The translations under genes were made by a program, and so were the position numbers. The notes beneath the pieces were generated by a model that saw only the letters and a program-made list of their open reading frames with translations, was not told the origin of the DNA and ran no database searches. Shown here piece after piece: positions 1 to 4,061 of a stretch of 4,061 nucleotides of DNA (the first letter of the stretch is position 1; every line of letters begins with the position of its first letter). Source of the DNA: a virus (taxonomy: Duplodnaviria > Heunggongvirae > Uroviricota > Caudoviricetes); the IMG/VR virus record IMGVR_UViG_2703718793_000006, one strand, 5' to 3'.

Positions 1-26
1 ACACAGTCGTCTGTCGGCGGAGGTAA
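1..26 (+). CDS. 3' end of an upstream ORF (possibly terminase large subunit), partial; the stop could be TAA 24-26 or TAG 28-30 in a different frame
   Basis: Two reading frames run open from the window edge to a stop just before the portal start (TAA 24-26; TAG 28-30, which overlaps the GTG at 30). Only about 9 codons are visible, so the product cannot be identified. The terminase suggestion is based solely on the usual HK97-like gene order (terminase - portal - protease - capsid). Confidence 0.2.
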
Positions 27-29
27 ATA

Positions 30-1047
30 GTGTTCTTTTCGGGATTATTTCAACGAAAAAGTGACGCGCCGGTGACCACGCCAGCAGAACTGGCGGATGC
101 TATCGGGCTGTCATATGACACCTATACCGGAAAGCAGATCAGCAGCCAGCGGGCCATGCGACTGACGGCGGTTTTTTCCTGCGTCAGGGTGCTGGCAGAG
201 TCGGTCGGGATGTTGCCCTGCAATCTGTATCACCTGAACGGCAGCCTGAAACAGAGAGCCACCGGCGAACGTCTGCATAAGCTGATCTCCACGCATCCCA
301 ATGGCTATATGACGCCGCAGGAGTTCTGGGAGCTGGTGGTCACCTGTCTGTGCCTGCGGGGAAACTTTTATGCTTACAAAGTGAAAGCATTTGGCGAAGT
401 GGCTGAACTGCTGCCCGTCGATCCTGGCTGTGTGGTGCCGAAGCTTAACAGTAGCTGGGAGCCGGTCTATCAGGTCACATTCCCGGACGGTNNNNNNNNN
501 NNNNNNNNNNNNNNNNNNNNNNNNNNNNNNNNNNNNNNNNNNNNNNNNNNNNNNNNNNNNNNNNNNNNNNNNNNNNNNNNNNNNNNNNNNNNNNNNNNNN
601 NNNNNNNNNNNNNNNNNNNNNNNNNNNNNNNNNNNNNTGTTCCGGGTGCCGTTGCACATGGTGCAGAACACCGATCGCGCCACCTTCAACAATATCGAAG
701 AGCTGGGGCTCGGATTTATCAACTATTCACTGGTGCCGTATCTGACCCGCATCGAACAGCGGATCAACACCGGACTGGTACGAAAAAGTAAGCAGGGCGT
801 TTATTACGCCAAATTTAACGCCGGGGCGTTACTGCGCGGGGATATGAAGTCCCGTTTTGAAGCCTACGCCACCGGGATTAACTGGGGAATTTACTCTCCC
901 AATGACTGCCGCGACCTGGAAGATATGAATCCGCGTCCCGGTGGTGATGTCTATCTCACACCGATGAACATGACCACGAAACCCTCCGATGGCAGTAAAG
1001 CCGGTAAGCAGAAGGATAACGCCAATGCAGACGAAACAACGTCTTGA
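30..1047 (+). CDS. Phage portal protein, HK97 family (interrupted by an N-run at 492-637; N-terminal part in frame 30.., C-terminal part in frame ending at TGA 1045-1047)
   Basis: GTG start at 30 preceded by GGAGG (19-23) with a 6-nt spacer. The N-terminal translation (…RAMRLTAVFSCVRVLAESVGMLPCNLYHL…LRGNFYAYK…) and the C-terminal translation (…ATFNNIEELGLGFINYSLVPYLTRIEQRI…YYAKFNAGALLRGDMKSRFEAYATGINWGIYSPNDCRDLEDMNPRPGGDVYLTPMNM…) resemble the conserved N- and C-terminal blocks of HK97-type portals (Phage_portal-like). The two halves are in different frames across the N-run, so the true length is not defined by this window. Confidence 0.85.
492..637. other. Run of 146 ambiguous bases (assembly gap or masked sequence) inside the portal gene
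   Basis: Uninterrupted n characters from 492 to 637. The flanking coding frames differ (frame of 30 versus frame of 1047), so the N count does not equal the true missing length in a multiple of 3, unless the gene is disrupted. Confidence 0.95.
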
Positions 1048-1675
1048 TGTACCGCTGAGTCTGAAATCTGTCAGTGACTCCGGTGAGTTTGAAGGGTATG
1101 GCTCCGTCTTTGGTGTAAAGGACAGCCACGATGATGTGGTGATGTCCGGGGCATTTGCTGCTTCCCTGCGGGCGTGGAGTGACAGAAAAGCGTTACCTGC
1201 GCTGCTCTGGCAGCACCGCATGGATGAACCCATCGGTGTTTACACCGAAATGAAGGAAGACGATGTCGGGCTTTACGTCAAAGGACGGTTGCTTATTGAT
1301 GATGATCCCCTCGCAAAACGCGCACATGCACACATGAAGGCCGGTTCGTTAACCGGCCTTTCTATTGGGTACGTCCTGAAAGACTGGGAATACGACCGGA
1401 GCAAAGAAGCCTTTCTGCTGAAAGAAATCGACCTCTGGGAAGTCAGCCTGGTGACGTTCCCGTCTAACGACGAGGCGCGGATCAGTGACGTCAAGAACGC
1501 ACTGGCCCGCGGGGAAATTCCCGAACAGAAAAAAATCGAAAGAGTCCTGCGTGATGTCGGACTCTCCCGTACCCAGGCCAAAGCATTCATGGCCGGGGGC
1601 TATGGCGCACTGTCCCTGCGCGACGCTGAGGATGTGGGCTCTGCACTGAATGCACTAAAAAATCTGAACTTCTAA
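1025..1675 (+). CDS. Prohead maturation protease, HK97 family (peptidase S78-like)
   Basis: ORF in frame 989..1675. I prefer the ATG at 1025 because GAAGGA (1011-1016) lies 8 nt upstream, while the ATG at 989 has no Shine-Dalgarno. The translation has 'GEFEGYGSVFGVKDSHDDVVMSGAF' (candidate His in an Asp-rich context) and 'GSLTGLSIGY' (candidate Ser nucleophile), typical of HK97 gp4-like prohead proteases. The start is nested in the 3' end of the portal gene; stop is TAA 1673-1675. Confidence 0.88.
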   Translation: MQTKQRLDVPLSLKSVSDSGEFEGYGSVFGVKDSHDDVVMSGAFAASLRAWSDRKALPALLWQHRMDEPIGVYTEMKEDDVGLYVKGRLLIDDDPLAKRAHAHMKAGSLTGLSIGYVLKDWEYDRSKEAFLLKEIDLWEVSLVTFPSNDEARISDVKNALARGEIPEQKKIERVLRDVGLSRTQAKAFMAGGYGALSLRDAEDVGSALNALKNLNF

Positions 1676-1689
1676 TCAGGAGAAATACG

Positions 1690-2895
1690 ATGGCGGTTGA
1701 TATTAAAGATGTGGAACAGGTCGCGCAGGAGCTGCAGCAGAAGTTTGACGACTTCAAAGCAAAGAACGACAAGCGCGTTGAGGCGATTGAGCAGGAAAAA
1801 GGCAAACTTGCCGGGCAGGTGGAAACCCTGAACGGAAAACTCAGCGAGCTGGAAAATCTCAAAAGCGACCTTGAAAAAGAGCTGCTTGAGCTGAAACGTC
1901 CGGCAGGTGGTGCGCAAAATAAACTGGCCACCGAGCATAAAGAGGCGTTTGTGGGCTTCCTGCGTAAAGGCCGTGAAGACGGTCTGCGCGATCTGGAGCG
2001 TAAGGCATTGCAGGTGGGCACCGATGAAGACGGTGGCTATGCCGTGCCGGAAGCACTGGATCGCAACATTCTCAACCTGCTGAAAGATGAAGTGGTGATG
2101 CGCCAGGAAGCCACGGTGATCACCGTTGGCGGTTCCGACTACAAAAAACTGGTGAATCTGGGCGGCACGGCTTCCGGATGGGTTGGCGAGACTGACGCGC
2201 GCTCCCAGACTGCCACCTCAAAACTGGGACTGATTGAACCTTTCATGGGGGAAATCTACGGTAACCCGCAGGCCACCCAGAAAATGCTGGATGATGCCTT
2301 TTTCAACGTGGAGGCCTGGATCAACAGCGAGCTGGCAACCGAATTTGCCGAACAGGAAGAAATTGCCTTTACCACCGGCGATGGTACCAAGAAGCCGAAA
2401 GGGTTCCTGGCGTATGAATCCACTGATGAAACCGACAAGGTCCGGGCATTCGGCAAACTTCAGCATATTGTATCCGGCGAAGCGACGGCAGTGACTGCAG
2501 ATGCCATTATCAAACTGATTTACACGCTGCGTAAGGCACACCGCACCGGCGCGAAGTTCATGATGAACAACAACAGCCTGTTTGCCATTCGTCTGCTGAA
2601 AGACACCGAGGGTAACTATCTGTGGCGTCCGGGGCTGGAGCTGGGGCAGCCGTCCTCTCTGGCGGGTTACGGTATCGCTGAAAACGAACAGATGCCGGAT
2701 ATTGCCGCTGATGCGAAAGCCATTGCATTTGGTAACTTCAAACGGGGTTACACCATCGTTGACCGTATCGGTACCCGCATTCTGCGTGACCCGTACACCA
2801 ATAAACCGTTTGTCGGTTTTTATACCACCAAGCGCACTGGCGGCATGCTGGTCGATTCGCAGGCCATCAAACTGCTGAAGATTGCAGCGGCGTAA
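1690..2895 (+). CDS. Major capsid protein, HK97 fold, with N-terminal coiled-coil delta (scaffolding) domain
   Basis: AGGAG at 1678-1682, 7 nt before ATG 1690. 401 aa. The first ~100 residues are strongly charged and heptad-like (…QELQQKFDDFKAKNDKRVEAIEQEKGKLAGQVETLNGKLSELENLKSDLEKELLELKRP…), as expected for a delta domain. They are followed by a region resembling HK97-type capsid proteins (…GTDEDGGYAVPEALD…, …YLWRPGLELGQPSSLAGYGI…, C-terminal …KPFVGFYTTKRTGGMLVDSQAIKLLKIAAA). It follows directly after portal and protease with no separate scaffold gene. Confidence 0.92.
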   Translation: MAVDIKDVEQVAQELQQKFDDFKAKNDKRVEAIEQEKGKLAGQVETLNGKLSELENLKSDLEKELLELKRPAGGAQNKLATEHKEAFVGFLRKGREDGLRDLERKALQVGTDEDGGYAVPEALDRNILNLLKDEVVMRQEATVITVGGSDYKKLVNLGGTASGWVGETDARSQTATSKLGLIEPFMGEIYGNPQATQKMLDDAFFNVEAWINSELATEFAEQEEIAFTTGDGTKKPKGFLAYESTDETDKVRAFGKLQHIVSGEATAVTADAIIKLIYTLRKAHRTGAKFMMNNNSLFAIRLLKDTEGNYLWRPGLELGQPSSLAGYGIAENEQMPDIAADAKAIAFGNFKRGYTIVDRIGTRILRDPYTNKPFVGFYTTKRTGGMLVDSQAIKLLKIAAA

Positions 2896-2902
2896 TCATT
2901 CA

Positions 2903-2924
2903 GGGGGCGCAGAAGTGCGCCCCT
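2903..2924 (+). terminator. GC-rich stem-loop immediately downstream of the capsid gene (putative intrinsic terminator, attenuator or mRNA 3'-stabiliser)
   Basis: Perfect inverted repeat GGGGCGCA (2904-2911) / TGCGCCCC (2916-2923) around a GAAG tetraloop (2912-2915), 8 nt after the capsid stop. The downstream tract GTTCTG is T-poor, so this is not a canonical strong rho-independent terminator. Confidence 0.4.
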
Positions 2925-2945
2925 GTTCTGACAGGTGAAAGAATC

Positions 2946-3134
2946 ATGATCCTGAAACAAGATCTGAAATGGTCACCGGACGGTATACGTGTTGAGATTA
3001 TTCGGGCCGGTGAGTATGAAGATAAAGAATTACCCGAACGGGTACGCGAAATTGCCATTGCAGCTGGGATTGTCTCTGATAAGAGAACACCTGTTGCGCG
3101 GGGGGCTGATAAGTCTAAAAAACAGCATTCATAG
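2946..3134 (+). CDS. Hypothetical small protein (62 aa), unknown function, between the capsid and head-tail connector genes
   Basis: ATG 2946 preceded by AGGTGA (2933-2938) with a 7-nt spacer; stop TAG 3132-3134 lies 11 nt before the next gene. Same strand and packing as the neighbours. I recognise no family from MILKQDLKWSPDGIRVEIIRAGEYEDKELPERVREIAIAAGIVSDKRTPVARGADKSKKQHS. GC is lower than in the head genes. Confidence 0.5.
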   Translation: MILKQDLKWSPDGIRVEIIRAGEYEDKELPERVREIAIAAGIVSDKRTPVARGADKSKKQHS

Positions 3135-3145
3135 AGGTTGCCCAA

Positions 3146-3451
3146 ATGATGCCCACTCTGGAAGAGCTTCGTGTTCAGTGCCGGATTGATGATGACAATG
3201 AACAGGAGAATTCTCTTCTTATGATGTATCTGGCTGCCGCCAGGGAAGAGGCTGAAAAGTTTTTAAACCGGACGCTTTACGATGAAACTGTTTCTGAGCA
3301 GGATGCGACCGGGCTTGTAATAACACCTCTGATAAAACTGCGTCTTATGCAACTGGTTGGCTACTGGTACGAGAACAGGGAAATGCAGGATGCAGTGCCT
3401 GATTTTTTCTATACCGGACTGCGGATGTATCGGTTTCATCCCGGAACATAG
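3146..3451 (+). CDS. Head-tail connector protein, gp6-like (Phage_connect_1-type; also annotated as DNA-packaging/head completion protein)
   Basis: ATG 3146 with AGAGG (3133-3137) upstream. 101 aa. The N-terminus 'MMPTLEELRVQCRIDDDNEQENSLLMMYLAAAREEAEKFLNRTL' matches the characteristic '…LEE(L/V)KxHLRIDxDDED…L…AAREY(I/A)E…' signature of gp6-like connectors. Stop TAG 3449-3451. Confidence 0.85.
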   Translation: MMPTLEELRVQCRIDDDNEQENSLLMMYLAAAREEAEKFLNRTLYDETVSEQDATGLVITPLIKLRLMQLVGYWYENREMQDAVPDFFYTGLRMYRFHPGT

Positions 3452-3459
3452 GAGGATTC

Positions 3460-3798
3460 ATGCAGGCAGGAAGATTACGTGATCGTGTGGTTATTCTGAA
3501 TGCCACCACCGTTCGGTCTCCATCAGGGCACCCTGTGGAAACAATGACGGAGGGGGCAACCATATGGGCAGAAGTTAAGGGGATCAGTGGCAGGGAGAGA
3601 ATATCCGGAGGCGCAGAAACTGCTCAGGCTACAGTGAGGGTCTGGATGAGATTCCGGCGAGATGTGACAGCAACTTCATGTCTGAAAGTGCTGACTGGTG
3701 CATTCAAAGGCGCGATTCTGAGTATAGACGGTCCGCCGATACCGGATGCCCGTGCCACCCGGCTTGAGATACTCTGTTCTCAGAAGGGGAATGTGTGA
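3460..3798 (+). CDS. Head closure / head-tail adaptor protein (Phage_H_T_join-type, SPP1 gp16 / HK97 gp7-like)
   Basis: GGAGG at 3451-3455, then ATG 3460. 112 aa starting 'MQAGRLRDRVVILNATTVRSPSGHPVETMTEGATIWAEVKGISGRE…', which matches the 'M.AG.LRHR(V/I).(I/L)Q…' N-terminus and size typical of this family. Stop TGA 3796-3798 overlaps the next start. Confidence 0.85.
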   Translation: MQAGRLRDRVVILNATTVRSPSGHPVETMTEGATIWAEVKGISGRERISGGAETAQATVRVWMRFRRDVTATSCLKVLTGAFKGAILSIDGPPIPDARATRLEILCSQKGNV

Positions 3799-4061
3799 TG
3801 GATTTCAGTCTTGATTTTTCAGGTCTGGCGGATATTGCACGGGATCTGGAGACGCTCAGCAGGGCAGAAAATAATAAGGTACTGCGCGATGCCACCCGTG
3901 CCGGTGCTGAAGTTATGCGGGATGCAGTTGTTGAACGTGCGCCGGAGCGAACCGGGAAACTGAAGAAAAATGTGGTTGTTCTCACTCAGCGTTCAAAGCG
4001 TCGGGGGGAAATTATCTCGGGTGTCCACATTCGTGGACGGAACCTGCGAACCGGAAACAGT
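3798..4061 (+). CDS. HK97 gp10-family protein (neck / tail-completion component), 3'-truncated by the window end
   Basis: ATG 3798 overlaps the upstream TGA (TGATG); AAGGGGA (3784-3790) is 7 nt upstream. There are 88 open codons to the window edge: MDFSLDFSGLADIARDLETLSRAENNKVLRDATRAGAEVMRDAVVERAPERTGKLKKNVVV…, resembling the N-terminal pattern of the HK97 gp10 family. This ORF is not in the supplied track because it has no in-window stop. Confidence 0.8.
   Translation, partial: MDFSLDFSGLADIARDLETLSRAENNKVLRDATRAGAEVMRDAVVERAPERTGKLKKNVVVLTQRSKRRGEIISGVHIRGRNLRTGNS

Noticed and set aside
391-637. Upstream part of the 391..1047 plus-strand ORF (MAKWLNCCPSILAVWCRSL…) as an independent gene start
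   Set aside because: Before the gap this frame is out of frame with the portal N-terminal half and translates to low-complexity Cys/Ser/Arg-rich sequence. Only the post-gap part (638-1047) is portal coding sequence.
111-722. 203-aa minus-strand ORF spanning the N-run
   Set aside because: It is antisense to the portal gene, contains the N-run, and has no recognisable motif or RBS context. It is a typical shadow ORF of a GC-biased coding region.
1047-1049. ATG overlapping the portal stop (TGATG) as the protease start
   Set aside because: It is in a different frame from the protease ORF (989/1025 frame) and does not open a long reading frame.
829-1233. 134-aa minus-strand ORF
   Set aside because: Antisense to the portal/protease junction. 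No SD, no family resemblance, and it would overlap two well-supported plus-strand genes.
1273-1590. 105-aa minus-strand ORF
   Set aside because: Antisense to the protease gene. Ser/Arg-rich shadow frame.
1587-2021. 144-aa and 88-aa minus-strand ORFs (1587..2021, 1672..1938) and the 65-aa ORF at 1859..2056
   Set aside because: All are antisense to the capsid delta-domain coding region. The GAA/AAG/CTG-rich sense strand gives long open, Ser/Arg/Pro/Phe-rich antisense frames. There is no independent evidence of coding.
2218-2541. Minus-strand ORFs 2218..2541 and 2256..2456 and plus-strand alternative-frame ORF 2234..2494
   Set aside because: All lie entirely inside the capsid gene in other frames or on the other strand. 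Their translations are low-complexity (Pro/Arg/Ser-rich) with no start context.
2900-3145. 81-aa minus-strand ORF opposite the small hypothetical ORF
   Set aside because: It is antisense, starts inside the connector RBS region and runs through the stem-loop, with no RBS. The plus-strand 62-aa ORF, which has an SD, is the more parsimonious call, though neither is proven.
2989-3189. 66-aa plus-strand ORF overlapping the small ORF and the connector start in another frame
   Set aside because: No SD upstream of its ATG. It would overlap two better-supported ORFs, and its translation is not protein-like (Cys/Arg/Gly-rich).
3345-3563. 72-aa minus-strand ORF, and the 93-aa minus-strand ORF at 3704..3985
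   Set aside because: Antisense to the connector/adaptor and adaptor/gp10 genes respectively. Shadow ORFs with no supporting signals.
1-4061. CRISPR array, tRNA/rRNA, IS/transposon ends or a recognisable anti-phage defence operon
   Set aside because: I found no spaced direct repeats, cloverleaf-compatible segments, terminal inverted repeats or defence-type domains. The window is fully accounted for by co-directional phage structural genes, apart from the one small ORF.

Overview
The window is a tightly packed, single-strand (+) head-morphogenesis module of an HK97-like tailed phage or prophage, with enterobacterial-like composition (about 52-53% GC by hand count of sample segments). Gene order: possible 3' end of an upstream gene (terminase?) -> HK97-family portal protein (interrupted by a 146-N gap) -> HK97-family prohead protease (S78-like) -> HK97-fold major capsid protein with an N-terminal coiled-coil delta (scaffold-like) domain -> stem-loop -> 62-aa ORF of unknown function -> gp6-like head-tail connector -> head closure/head-tail adaptor -> HK97 gp10-family neck/tail-completion protein (runs off the 3' end). 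All family assignments rest on motif recognition from the translations, not on a database search. I see no rRNA, tRNA, CRISPR array, IS element ends or recognisable defence system. The only genuinely unassigned coding element is the 62-aa ORF at 2946-3134, which lies in a lower-GC patch together with the connector gene. All minus-strand ORFs in the track look like antisense shadows of the plus-strand genes.
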